Of a DNA stretch of 27,807 nucleotides, positions 16,229 to 24,426 are shown piece by piece; position 1 is the stretch's first letter; the number at the start of each line of letters is the position of its first letter. The position numbers were made by a program, and so were the translations under genes. Source of the DNA: a virus (Duplodnaviria > Caudoviricetes); the IMG/VR virus record IMGVR_UViG_3300037785_000027, positions 1 to 27,807 of that record; one strand, written 5' to 3'. Under the pieces are notes generated by a model. That model was not told the origin of the DNA. It ran no database searches and saw only the letters and a program-made list of their open reading frames with translations.

Positions 16229-16777
16229 GCGGTTTGTTAGCTCCTCAAGATTTATTGGTCGATAATCGGTCTTCTCCACGCAGACGTTGAAGTACCTACC
16301 TTCCGGCGGATCCCATTGGTGAATGTGTCCGTGGATGTTGTAGAGTTCCACTGCATCCTCAGGGTACTTCCCTTTCCTATTCAGCAACCGGAGTTTCGAT
16401 TCTCTGTGGATCGGTACGTGAGACAGCAAGACACCTAGTTCGGGGAACATACGCCACATCTGTACCTTCTGAAAGATGCCAGTGCCGACTAGGAACGGAA
16501 TGTCGTCGTGGTTGCCAACGATGAGGCGCTTGCGCCCTGGTAGCTTTCGAATGGTCTCTACGGTAGATTCCTTCTCGCCCATCATGACGTCCCCGAGGTG
16601 GTACACGATGTCCCCGGGCGCTACTGTTTCAGCCCAGTGATCGTACATCTCCTGGTTCATCTGTTCGACCGATGCAAACCTATCCCCGCGAATCAGTTCT
16701 CCATCGCCACCACGGAAAGTCAAGATGTTGGCGTGGTCAAAATGAGTGTCAGAAATAAGCCAAGCGTTTCGCATCAA
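16217..16777 (-). CDS. calcineurin-like metallophosphoesterase
   Basis: Motifs SDTHFDH, HLGDV, GNHD, SHVP and HGHIH. Confidence 0.9.
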   Translation of the reverse strand: MMRNAWLISDTHFDHANILTFRGGDGELIRGDRFASVEQMNQEMYDHWAETVAPGDIVYHLGDVMMGEKESTVETIRKLPGRKRLIVGNHDDIPFLVGTGIFQKVQMWRMFPELGVLLSHVPIHRESKLRLLNRKGKYPEDAVELYNIHGHIHQWDPPEGRYFNVCVEKTDYRPINLEELTNRLTG

Positions 16778-16968
16778 ATATCCTCAAGGTTCGTCTTTTC
16801 CATTCCAGTCGCAGGAGGGTTGTGTGGTTTGAACCGAGCCTGCTTCTCTTCCATGAGCGCGATAGACCGCAGAATCTCGGCTCGACTTTCGGGAGGCATA
16901 CCCTCTGGCCAAGTGATAGTCGCTGGTCCCCACTTGGTAGATACCTTGGTCACATCGGTCATTATCAT
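16774..16968 (-). CDS. hypothetical protein
   Basis: GAGGGAG RBS; ATGA overlap with the downstream gene; exact start uncertain. Confidence 0.5.
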   Translation of the reverse strand: MIMTDVTKVSTKWGPATITWPEGMPPESRAEILRSIALMEEKQARFKPHNPPATGMEKTNLEDI

Positions 16969-16999
16969 CTCCCTCAACAGTCACATGGGTATATAGTGC

Positions 17000-17791
17000 T
17001 CAGACGTCTCCGCTGATCGGATAATATGGGCTTTTCTCCGCTTGACCTTCTTTAGGCTTCGTGTCAATAAATTGGTTTGTGACGTACTCTTCCTGTTCTT
17101 CGAACGTAGAAAGCAGGTAGTTCTTAGCGCTGACATAGCTCTGGCCGCAGGGCAAAGACCGGTCACTCCTAACGAACGTTCCAAACCTGAAGATTTCAGG
17201 CTGGTCTTCCCAGATCACGCCATATTCATCCTGAAGAATTTGGATCATACTGGTGCTGGATAGACCCTGCATCTTCTTGTGACCAGCGGTCCACCGAAAC
17301 AAAGAAGAGATGCTATTGCGTCGGCAATCCTGAATGCGCCAGAGGACGTTGTTAGCGACTTCTCCAGTAGTTGGCACCCCGAAAGCCCGAGCGTCAAACA
17401 GAGCAAGCTCAGCCTTACCACCGAGTGGGTTATCGATAGAATTGTTGAACGTAGCCGAAGCGAAAGACGCCAAGATGGAGTTCAGCTTGGAAATCTTTCC
17501 ACCAAACATATGCTCGGTCTGCTTCTCGGTTTTCCCGAAGACCAGGGTGATCTCATCCGACTGAGTGTAGCCCAAGATAGCATTGGTGTAATCCACGAGG
17601 GCGGTAGTAGTCGTGGTCATGGCTAGCCAGATTCGCTCGTCAAACGGACGGTCGAATGGTTTCGTGTACTTGCTGAAACCGTTACCGTCCAGACGAACGA
17701 TCAGGTATTGGTCGAGCGGGACCCGATAACCGGTGTACGCACCTTCGTACGCCTTCATGCGGTCGCCGAGACTGTCTTTTGAAGTTGTCAT
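17000..17791 (-). CDS. thg1: tRNA(His) guanylyltransferase Thg1-like protein (3'-5' polymerase family)
   Basis: Motifs DRMKAYE, RLDGNGFSKYT, YTQSDEIT, FDARAF and WRIQDCRRNS. Confidence 0.92.
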   Translation of the reverse strand: MTTSKDSLGDRMKAYEGAYTGYRVPLDQYLIVRLDGNGFSKYTKPFDRPFDERIWLAMTTTTTALVDYTNAILGYTQSDEITLVFGKTEKQTEHMFGGKISKLNSILASFASATFNNSIDNPLGGKAELALFDARAFGVPTTGEVANNVLWRIQDCRRNSISSLFRWTAGHKKMQGLSSTSMIQILQDEYGVIWEDQPEIFRFGTFVRSDRSLPCGQSYVSAKNYLLSTFEEQEEYVTNQFIDTKPKEGQAEKSPYYPISGDV

Positions 17792-18312
17792 TCAAGAACC
17801 TCCACGAGCTTACGGATGGGTCGGTCATCCGGTTTGCCACGGTCGATCCGGCCCTGTCGAGCAAGCTGGGCATAGTCCTCTTTGCTGTAGAGATACCCGT
17901 TGTACTCCCAGAAGACTTTGGGTTCAACAGGGGCAGGCGCAATCCGGTAGGAAAGATAGTCAACCAACTCGCGATGTCCAAGTCGGAGACCTTCCCCGAC
18001 GTCTACATTACACCACTCTCCATCTACGTAGTACTCTACCGGGTCTCCACTGTAGACGGCCAAGAGGATTGCACCCTTCTCTGCGTTGTCCAAGTCTTTC
18101 CAAGCTGTCGGCTCCACAACTTCTTCAACGAGGTCCAGGGGATGCTCATCAAAGGATGTCGCCTTTCCGTTCAGGTACCAGTCGAAACTAGTTTCTGAGC
18201 TAAGGGCATCCTTAAACCCCAAGAGTTCTCCATCGGACGCGTAATGCTCCATCATCGGTCCACGGATCTTTCCATCACGGGTACGGTACATACGACCTTC
18301 TTGAATTTTCAT
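17788..18312 (-). CDS. hypothetical protein
   Basis: N-terminal EGRMYRTRDGK...DLVEE small beta-domain pattern; ATGA overlap. Confidence 0.7.
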   Translation of the reverse strand: MKIQEGRMYRTRDGKIRGPMMEHYASDGELLGFKDALSSETSFDWYLNGKATSFDEHPLDLVEEVVEPTAWKDLDNAEKGAILLAVYSGDPVEYYVDGEWCNVDVGEGLRLGHRELVDYLSYRIAPAPVEPKVFWEYNGYLYSKEDYAQLARQGRIDRGKPDDRPIRKLVEVLE

Positions 18313-18324
18313 GTCTTGCCCCTT

Positions 18325-18762
18325 TTACTTGATAAACACAGTTGCGATAGTGCAGTGGTTGTAGTCTTCGAAGTAGCCCTTCCAATCTCCGGTGTAGACC
18401 TCGACGCCTTCAAAGTCAATTCTGTTCTTCTCATCGCGGCTGTTACTGTCGATCAGGTGCACCAAGCGACCAGCCCGCGCCAAGTCCGTGAAAGCCCACA
18501 GAACGGTGTGGCGACCAGACTCGCGGCCAAAGCTGTCTCCGGTGTCGTAATCGACGACCACCAGAAGAAGAACGTCTCCTTTCTTGGGCTCGGTTTCACC
18601 GGGGAATAGCGCGACGTCACCCCACTGATCTTCGGTGTCTACGATGTAGGCACCATTGTAGGAGTAGCAGTGGTCCTCGGACCACGTATAGTCCCAGCGC
18701 CCTCCATCTCCCTGTTCTTCGTCGCGTCTTCCGTAGTCGCGCACATCTAGGTTAAAGTACAT
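18325..18762 (-). CDS. acidic hypothetical protein
   Basis: Start trimmed to MYFNLDV (GAGGA RBS); YDTGDSFG motif. Confidence 0.65.
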   Translation of the reverse strand: MYFNLDVRDYGRRDEEQGDGGRWDYTWSEDHCYSYNGAYIVDTEDQWGDVALFPGETEPKKGDVLLLVVVDYDTGDSFGRESGRHTVLWAFTDLARAGRLVHLIDSNSRDEKNRIDFEGVEVYTGDWKGYFEDYNHCTIATVFIK

Positions 18763-18772
18763 CTTGATTTCC

Positions 18773-19024
18773 TCAGAAGTAAACGTGGATGTTAGAGGCG
18801 AGGTTGCTATTTTCGAGCATTTCTGCGGCGTCGAGAACGATGCTGTCCCGGTGGCCACCATGAACTTCGATCCCGCCGGGGATTTCGATATAGACGTTAA
18901 GCCCGCCACCATAGGTCGAGCGAACCATAGTGATGGTGCCTTCAAACGGGGCACCGCAATAGTACCCCGTCACCGAGCAACCTTCGCCGTTCTGGTAGAG
19001 TTCGTTGTAGAACGTGTTGGACAT
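18773..19024 (-). CDS. hypothetical protein
   Basis: GAGG RBS; first gene after a promoter. Confidence 0.65.
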   Translation of the reverse strand: MSNTFYNELYQNGEGCSVTGYYCGAPFEGTITMVRSTYGGGLNVYIEIPGGIEVHGGHRDSIVLDAAEMLENSNLASNIHVYF

Positions 19025-19050
19025 GTTAGCCTCTCTCTAGCTTCAAGTCT

Positions 19051-19079
19051 TGTATAGCATAGTGGAGGAGCGCTGTCAA
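19051..19079 (-). promoter_or_regulatory. early promoter TTGACA-N17-(TGC)TATACA
   Basis: Read directly. Confidence 0.7.
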
Positions 19080-19082
19080 CCG

Positions 19083-20210
19083 TTAATCTTCACGTTCTCC
19101 AAAACCGTAGTCGACCACGACGGGGAAGCGCGGGACTCCATCCGGAGTAGGAGTGAAGTAGCGAAGCGTGACCCAGTCCGGCGTCTTACCCTCTTCGTGC
19201 AGAGCTTTCAGTTGCTCCTGAGAGCCACGAACTCCAGCCCCACAGGTTTGCCCGTTGCCGAGGTCGATGATGAACCGCTTGATGTAGCCAGACCAGTTAC
19301 CCAGCCCCTCTTCCATAGAGACGACCCGGAACTCATCGGTCAGAAACTCCTTGCGCTTGATCAGGTTCTTCGACCGCTTGTTCTCGTACCCAGAACTCCC
19401 AATACGAAGCATCTGGCCTTCATACCCTTGCTCCAAGTACTCCCCATAGAGAGCGTCGGTTTCTTCGGCTGAAAGGATGAGGTCGGTGCGCACTAGAACG
19501 ATGCTAGCCGGGGTCTTTCCCGAGCCAAGAAGTTGTTGAAGCGCCTTGTTTCGAATGTCGAACGGATCGGCACTGTACAGGTCGTAGACGTGGTACTGGA
19601 CCAGCTTCGCGGTCTCTTCCAGATCCTCAGAGGTCGGTTTCTGCTTTCGCACCAAGCTGGTGATCTTGTTGAAGTTGTCTTTCAGATCGTGGTTGTACAG
19701 TTCACCGTCGAGGATTAGAGTCGGGTACTCCTCGAAGTAGGGACGCAGCGCTTCCATGATGTGAGGGACTGAGGTGATCGGTTTACCCTGTCGAGTCCAC
19801 AGACCATCTTTGCGAGCGATGCAGCGAATGCCATCCAGCTTGGGCTGAGAGAAGACGGTGCCGTCCCAGTCGATCTTGGCGTCTTCGTACTTGCTAGCCA
19901 GCATCGGCTTGAACTTGTCGAACTTGTCGATGTTGTCCATGTCGTAGAAGTAGCCGCGCTCCAGCTTCTTCTCCATCGAAGCCTTAGCCTCAGCTAGTGC
20001 CTGCTCCTGGGGAGTCGTCTCGTTGGCGCGCCCGACGTTCTTGGCTTCGACGACGCGCCACCCCGAAGTCACCAGCTTACCACCAAGAGTCCCAGAGACT
20101 GCGGCCCAGCCCCAGTTAGTCCCGTCGGTTCCGACTAGGTATCGCCAAGTACGGGTCTTCCCCGTCGAGTCTTGTTTGAAGATTTCGGGTCCTGTTGCCG
20201 TCGGTTCCAT
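19083..20210 (-). CDS. lig: ATP-dependent DNA ligase
   Basis: Motifs PMLA, motif I QPKLDGIRC, LDGELY, YHVYD, EGQMLR, KRK and PRFP. Confidence 0.95.
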   Translation of the reverse strand: MEPTATGPEIFKQDSTGKTRTWRYLVGTDGTNWGWAAVSGTLGGKLVTSGWRVVEAKNVGRANETTPQEQALAEAKASMEKKLERGYFYDMDNIDKFDKFKPMLASKYEDAKIDWDGTVFSQPKLDGIRCIARKDGLWTRQGKPITSVPHIMEALRPYFEEYPTLILDGELYNHDLKDNFNKITSLVRKQKPTSEDLEETAKLVQYHVYDLYSADPFDIRNKALQQLLGSGKTPASIVLVRTDLILSAEETDALYGEYLEQGYEGQMLRIGSSGYENKRSKNLIKRKEFLTDEFRVVSMEEGLGNWSGYIKRFIIDLGNGQTCGAGVRGSQEQLKALHEEGKTPDWVTLRYFTPTPDGVPRFPVVVDYGFGERED

Positions 20211-20219
20211 GTATTTTCC

Positions 20220-20474
20220 TTAGCGATACGCAGTGGGGTTGAGTTGAGCAAGCGTAACGTTGACGGTGTACTCTTCCCCGAGCTTGAACAGGCGATCTCC
20301 TTGTTCAGGCTTGTAGGAACCCGAGATGAGTAGTTCTCCGGCGTTCACCGCGTTGAGCAGGGAGAGTTTTTCTTCTCCATCTCGGTACTGTACCAGGAGG
20401 TACTGCCAGGTCTTTCGTGCGGACCCGGTTCGGGCTCTACTGGCGGGATACACCTCGTACATTGTTTCGTCCAT
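20220..20474 (-). CDS. hypothetical protein
   Basis: GGAG RBS before the ATG at 20474; promoter upstream. Confidence 0.6.
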   Translation of the reverse strand: MDETMYEVYPASRARTGSARKTWQYLLVQYRDGEEKLSLLNAVNAGELLISGSYKPEQGDRLFKLGEEYTVNVTLAQLNPTAYR

Positions 20475-20500
20475 ATTAGTTCTCCATCTGCTTCGTGTTA

Positions 20501-20529
20501 AGGGTATCATGGGGTGGGACCTTAGTCAA
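20501..20529 (-). promoter_or_regulatory. early promoter TTGACT-N17-(TGA)TACCCT
   Basis: Read directly. Confidence 0.6.
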
Positions 20530-20578
20530 GCTGAAAGTACAGGCCATTTAGGGTTTCAGGTCGTCCATTGTCATATAG

Positions 20579-20818
20579 TCATTCCTTTTCTCCACAACTG
20601 CACTCATAATACTCGACACGTTCTTTGGGATACCAACGAATGTCGTCCTTGTTAACCCATTTTGTGTATGGAATAAACCCAAGAAACTTCTTACGGACTT
20701 TTTGGTATTCTCTGGTATGTCCGTATTTGGTCACCCGTTTACAGAACGGGAGAAGTTCAACAGGCTCTAGATCATATCCGTAGTCACCGAACACACTTTC
20801 ATAAGGTTGATTCATCAT
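20579..20818 (-). CDS. hypothetical protein (AT-rich segment)
   Basis: ORF with ATGA overlaps and A/T-ending codons. Confidence 0.6.
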   Translation of the reverse strand: MMNQPYESVFGDYGYDLEPVELLPFCKRVTKYGHTREYQKVRKKFLGFIPYTKWVNKDDIRWYPKERVEYYECSCGEKE

Positions 20819-21015
20819 ATTCCATCCTTTTCAATCATCTCAATAACTCTTAGTATTGCGTGTCGAGTCATGTAACACGCATCTTTGTAACGTTGGATCA
20901 TTTCATCCTTAGTTAGTGGAGAGTGTCTGAAACCAACTTCAAGGCTATCATACAACGGATTTTCAAGGCAATCAACACAAAAATTCAGGTTGACTAGCAG
21001 TTCTTCTTTGGTCAC
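20815..21015 (-). CDS. hypothetical protein (AT-rich segment)
   Basis: GTG start at 21015 after a GGAGGT RBS. Confidence 0.6.
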   Translation of the reverse strand: MTKEELLVNLNFCVDCLENPLYDSLEVGFRHSPLTKDEMIQRYKDACYMTRHAILRVIEMIEKDGI

Positions 21016-21017
21016 GC

Positions 21018-21644
21018 CTATACCTCCAGATCCATGTAGTCGCATTCTCCCAGACACTGGAACTTGGTTCCGTTGATTTCCATGTTCTTCGTATCGTGCC
21101 AGTGACCGAAGATCCAGTACTCTGGCTGGTGCAGTTCGAACATCGCTTGAAGCGCCTCACCCGTGCGAGTCAAGTACTGCACCCGACCAGCTAGCGTTTC
21201 CCCAGCCCGAACGAACATGTAGTAAGACGCTAGCGTCGGGCAGTCGTGAGTGACCATAACGCGTGGCTTCACTTGTTCGTACACGTCAATCAACGTGCCT
21301 AGTTCTTGGTAGCTGAGTTCTTCATCTTTCCACCAGTCGATCCCGGGGGTGCGAGTCATGTGGTCGATGCTCCACGCACCACCAATAAACATGACGTCTC
21401 CATTCACGGTACCATCTGGAATCCAACCGACCATCTCTTTACACCGCTCAGGATGGTCGTGGTTTCCACGAATGAACTTGTGCTGTCCACTGGCATGGTA
21501 TTCGTTCACTCGGTCATGCCATTTCTGGTACCAGAAGCCGATCGTGAAGTCTCCGACCTGTACTGTGTTACCGTCGAACCCTTTGGTCACGTCGATGTAC
21601 GTGGACACCTTACCGTGGATGTCTCCTACGAATCTGGTTAGCAT
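21018..21644 (-). CDS. calcineurin-like metallophosphoesterase (second family)
   Basis: Motifs GDIHG, QVGDF, RGNHD, GGAWSID, THDCP and FGHWH; start trimmed to MLTRF. Confidence 0.9.
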   Translation of the reverse strand: MLTRFVGDIHGKVSTYIDVTKGFDGNTVQVGDFTIGFWYQKWHDRVNEYHASGQHKFIRGNHDHPERCKEMVGWIPDGTVNGDVMFIGGAWSIDHMTRTPGIDWWKDEELSYQELGTLIDVYEQVKPRVMVTHDCPTLASYYMFVRAGETLAGRVQYLTRTGEALQAMFELHQPEYWIFGHWHDTKNMEINGTKFQCLGECDYMDLEV

Positions 21645-21850
21645 TTCAGTTCTCCTCGTTTGGCGGCCCGAAGGATGTCTATACCCTTCGCCCAAATATA
21701 CTGGTCGCCAAACGTGCCTCGCCGCGCGTAGCGTAAAACGCCGTCTGCGGCAACCATGACGTTTCCGACTCGGTTGACATAGTTGTTCAGGTGAAGCTCC
21801 GCCCAAGCTCGCTGGCGTTCTTCGGGTGTGGTTGCGCGGTCGTAGCTCAT
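21638..21850 (-). CDS. hypothetical protein
   Basis: GAGGA RBS before the ATG at 21850. Confidence 0.6.
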   Translation of the reverse strand: MSYDRATTPEERQRAWAELHLNNYVNRVGNVMVAADGVLRYARRGTFGDQYIWAKGIDILRAAKRGELKC

Positions 21851-21857
21851 AGAATCC

Positions 21858-22301
21858 TCAGATGAACGCGATAATGAATAGGAGCACGAAGGTGAACCCA
21901 AGGATGGCGGTCATAGACGGCGAGAGGAATATCCCCTTCTCGCGCTCTTCTAGTTTCTCCTGAAGCTCCTTGTTTTCTTTAGTCAGCCGATCTACCTCCT
22001 TCTCGACCGCGCGAACCAACGTCAAGTCGTTCTGGTCGCTAAGACGGTAATATTCTTTCAGCGCCTTGATGTGAGACTCCGCATATTCTAGCTTCTTGGC
22101 ATATCTCTTAGCCTCTTCCATCCACCTGACCCCGAGGCGATAAACCCGGTCGTACTCTTGCTTAGCCTGCTCCCGTTCGTTAGCCGAGAAGTCGATGCCA
22201 CCGCCAGTATGCTTCTTACGGGCCATGCGAAGCGCGGAAACCGCCTCTTCTTCCGAAGAAGTCGAGAGCGCTTTCCGCATAAGGCTTTCAACCACGCTCA
22301 A
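21858..22301 (-). CDS. coiled-coil protein with DUF2786-like N-terminus and C-terminal TM anchor
   Basis: RKALSTSSEEEAVSALRMA N-terminus; heptad-rich middle; hydrophobic tail. Confidence 0.6.
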   Translation of the reverse strand: MSVVESLMRKALSTSSEEEAVSALRMARKKHTGGGIDFSANEREQAKQEYDRVYRLGVRWMEEAKRYAKKLEYAESHIKALKEYYRLSDQNDLTLVRAVEKEVDRLTKENKELQEKLEEREKGIFLSPSMTAILGFTFVLLFIIAFI

Positions 22302-22467
22302 GGTATTTCTCCTCGATCTTGGCGAACGCTTTGGCGTCGTCCGTTTCGTAGAACAGGCTCGGATCCTTGATGTTGTAGAGGTTACAGAACCACTGACCCG
22401 TGCGCTGGTGTAGTGGCTTGGTGGCCAGCGTGGCGCAGAAGTCTTGGTATTCGTCTTGGCTGATCAC
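22288..22467 (-). CDS. hypothetical protein
   Basis: Likely GTG start at 22467 after GGAG; QRTGQWFCN...LFYETD motif. Confidence 0.6.
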   Translation of the reverse strand: MISQDEYQDFCATLATKPLHQRTGQWFCNLYNIKDPSLFYETDDAKAFAKIEEKYLERG

Positions 22468-22491
22468 GACAATCTCCATCATTACAAGAAC

Positions 22492-22520
22492 ACTCTAGCA
22501 CCACTCACCGGTCCTGTCAA
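22492..22520 (-). promoter_or_regulatory. early promoter TTGACA-N17-(TGC)TAGAGT
   Basis: Read directly; TCTTGTAA downstream. Confidence 0.75.
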
Positions 22521-22523
22521 GCG

Positions 22524-22745
22524 TTAACCCTTCTTAATTTTTTCCGTCGCGTACATGACAGCGTCGATCACGGAAATAGCCATTACCATTTGCCACGGGA
22601 ACCACCCAGCCGCCATAAGCAGATAAAACGGTGCCATAGACCATGTGAAGAAACAAGCCATAAAAATAGACACCAAAAGCCCAGCTGTTAGCAGAGACAT
22701 CACTAGTAGCGCGTGAACTCCGGCTAGTCTGAGGAACATCGTCAT
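22524..22745 (-). CDS. small hydrophobic membrane protein
   Basis: ATGA overlap with the RNA ligase stop; almost entirely hydrophobic. Confidence 0.55.
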   Translation of the reverse strand: MTMFLRLAGVHALLVMSLLTAGLLVSIFMACFFTWSMAPFYLLMAAGWFPWQMVMAISVIDAVMYATEKIKKG

Positions 22746-23770
22746 TCGCCACCTTTGAGAAGAAACTGGTTGCTGATGGCCTTGAAGCTGAACTCCGGCT
22801 TCTCGTTGCACTTCCAGACGAGACCCTCGCGGATCTGGTTATGGATGCTGGGACCATCGGCTAGAGACAGTGCCTCTTCTACCGAGTCAGGTGCTTTGGC
22901 ATTAGTGACCAAGACCGGCACGTGGTCCAAACCTGCTCGCTCTACCATCTCTCGTCGCTCTGGTGGAGTCAGGTAACGTTGCCCAGTGATCTCCAGAACG
23001 TCGAAGACGAAGAACTGAAGGTCCTTGAACCCCTCACGGTTGCCTTGAATGCCAGGACCCATCAGTTCGCCTTGGAAGACGTAACCCTCGGGGATCTGGT
23101 CTCCGATGCGGTTCGCCATCTGGACGAAAGAGTTAGTGGCATTGTCTTCGTTGATCTTTAGCTCCAGGTTCCGGCTGCAAACTCGCAGGTCTCCCTCGTG
23201 GCGGAAGATCGTCATCGAAGAACCGTCGAGCTTCATCGAAATCTCGTAGGTGAAGTCCCCACGGAGAAGCTTCGGGAAGCAGTTCTGGATGCGCTCTTGA
23301 TCGGTCTTGGGCGCAATTTCAGTCGGGAAGTTGCCACGCGCTTGGCCCTGTAGCTGGGCCGCAATTGGTGCTTCCCACTTCTGGACACCAAGACATTCAG
23401 TCAGATCATCGCCGATTCGTTCTTCATCGTCGAGGATATTCTTTTGAAAGTTCTCGTCAGACCACTCAGAAAACACAGGGCGGAGAGGCAGAAGCAGCCC
23501 CTGGCTGATCTGGCCGCGCAGCTTGATGGTACGCAGACGTTCGCCCTTGACCCCATTGTACTCGCGCGGCTCTTTCCCCTTCGAGAGGAACGGAGCCAGT
23601 TCATGTGGAACCCAGCTGTCAATCTCTAGGTAGAGCGCCAGTTCACCAGGTGTGAACTCTCCTTTCTTAACTACGACCCTCCATCCATCGACGGTAGCGA
23701 CTTCAATGGCGTCCGCGCCTTCGATGGGGTCAATCGAAGCGATTTGTCGGATACTTGCTAGTTTTCGCAT
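22742..23770 (-). CDS. RNA ligase, DRB0094 family
   Basis: Motifs RKLASI, LRGQISQGL, PKTDQERIQN, KLDGSS, QGELMGPGIQGN, REGLV and FKAISNQFLLK. Confidence 0.92.
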   Translation of the reverse strand: MRKLASIRQIASIDPIEGADAIEVATVDGWRVVVKKGEFTPGELALYLEIDSWVPHELAPFLSKGKEPREYNGVKGERLRTIKLRGQISQGLLLPLRPVFSEWSDENFQKNILDDEERIGDDLTECLGVQKWEAPIAAQLQGQARGNFPTEIAPKTDQERIQNCFPKLLRGDFTYEISMKLDGSSMTIFRHEGDLRVCSRNLELKINEDNATNSFVQMANRIGDQIPEGYVFQGELMGPGIQGNREGFKDLQFFVFDVLEITGQRYLTPPERREMVERAGLDHVPVLVTNAKAPDSVEEALSLADGPSIHNQIREGLVWKCNEKPEFSFKAISNQFLLKGGE

Positions 23771-23794
23771 TCACATTCTCCATGTTTACAAGAC

Positions 23795-23823
23795 ACTGTA
23801 GCTCAGCTACTGGTCTTTGTCAA
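23795..23823 (-). promoter_or_regulatory. early promoter TTGACA-N17-(GC)TACAGT
   Basis: Read directly; TCTTGTAA downstream. Confidence 0.75.
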
Positions 23824-24019
23824 GCTCTAATTTTCGAATCTGCCTAGTCTCGGAGACCACGACCAGAACCGAGATCGCGGCCGCTGATAGAAATATTGTG
23901 GCTAGAGCGAAGTCTCCAACACACAGGCTGAACACCCCGACTACTAACCCAAAGAGACCAAGGACGGCCATGTTGAAACGACTGTGGCGCAGGCCAGCTA
24001 TAAGTTCTTCTTGGTTCAA
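23807..24019 (-). CDS. small two-TM membrane protein
   Basis: Probable TTG start overlapping the upstream TGA; two hydrophobic segments. Confidence 0.55.
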   Translation of the reverse strand: MNQEELIAGLRHSRFNMAVLGLFGLVVGVFSLCVGDFALATIFLSAAAISVLVVVSETRQIRKLELDKDQ

Positions 24020-24426
24020 GGTCCTGACCTCACGATCTTTCGTCCGTGAGTCAGCGTAACGAATCGTCCATCTCTCACTTCGTACCACGTATCTTCCCAA
24101 GGGCCGCGAATAGTGAAGCACCAAGAAGTGGTCAGGGCGTTGACGCGGTGGATGTTGTCTTTCTTGGTGACTTTGGGCAGCAACGACCGCTTATAGATCG
24201 TAGACTTCTTTCGTAGCTCCAACGGCTCTTCGATCAAGAAGCCGCTGAGAAACCAGGTCCATGCGTGGAACGCGTGGCTGTGGTAAGCTTCGCGACGTCC
24301 CTTGTTGAATCGAAGGAATGCCACGCTAGCAAACTTCTTGGCTTCAAACAGAAAGAAGGCATCGACGGGCGAATCTGGCCCGCCGTCTTTCGCCCACTCC
24401 AAGATACGCACGTTTCCGATCTTCAT
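24016..24426 (-). CDS. cupin-fold protein
   Basis: YHSHAF...FLSGFLIEE...IHRV...WCFTIRGPW (HxH...E...H metal motif). Confidence 0.7.
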   Translation of the reverse strand: MKIGNVRILEWAKDGGPDSPVDAFFLFEAKKFASVAFLRFNKGRREAYHSHAFHAWTWFLSGFLIEEPLELRKKSTIYKRSLLPKVTKKDNIHRVNALTTSWCFTIRGPWEDTWYEVRDGRFVTLTHGRKIVRSGP

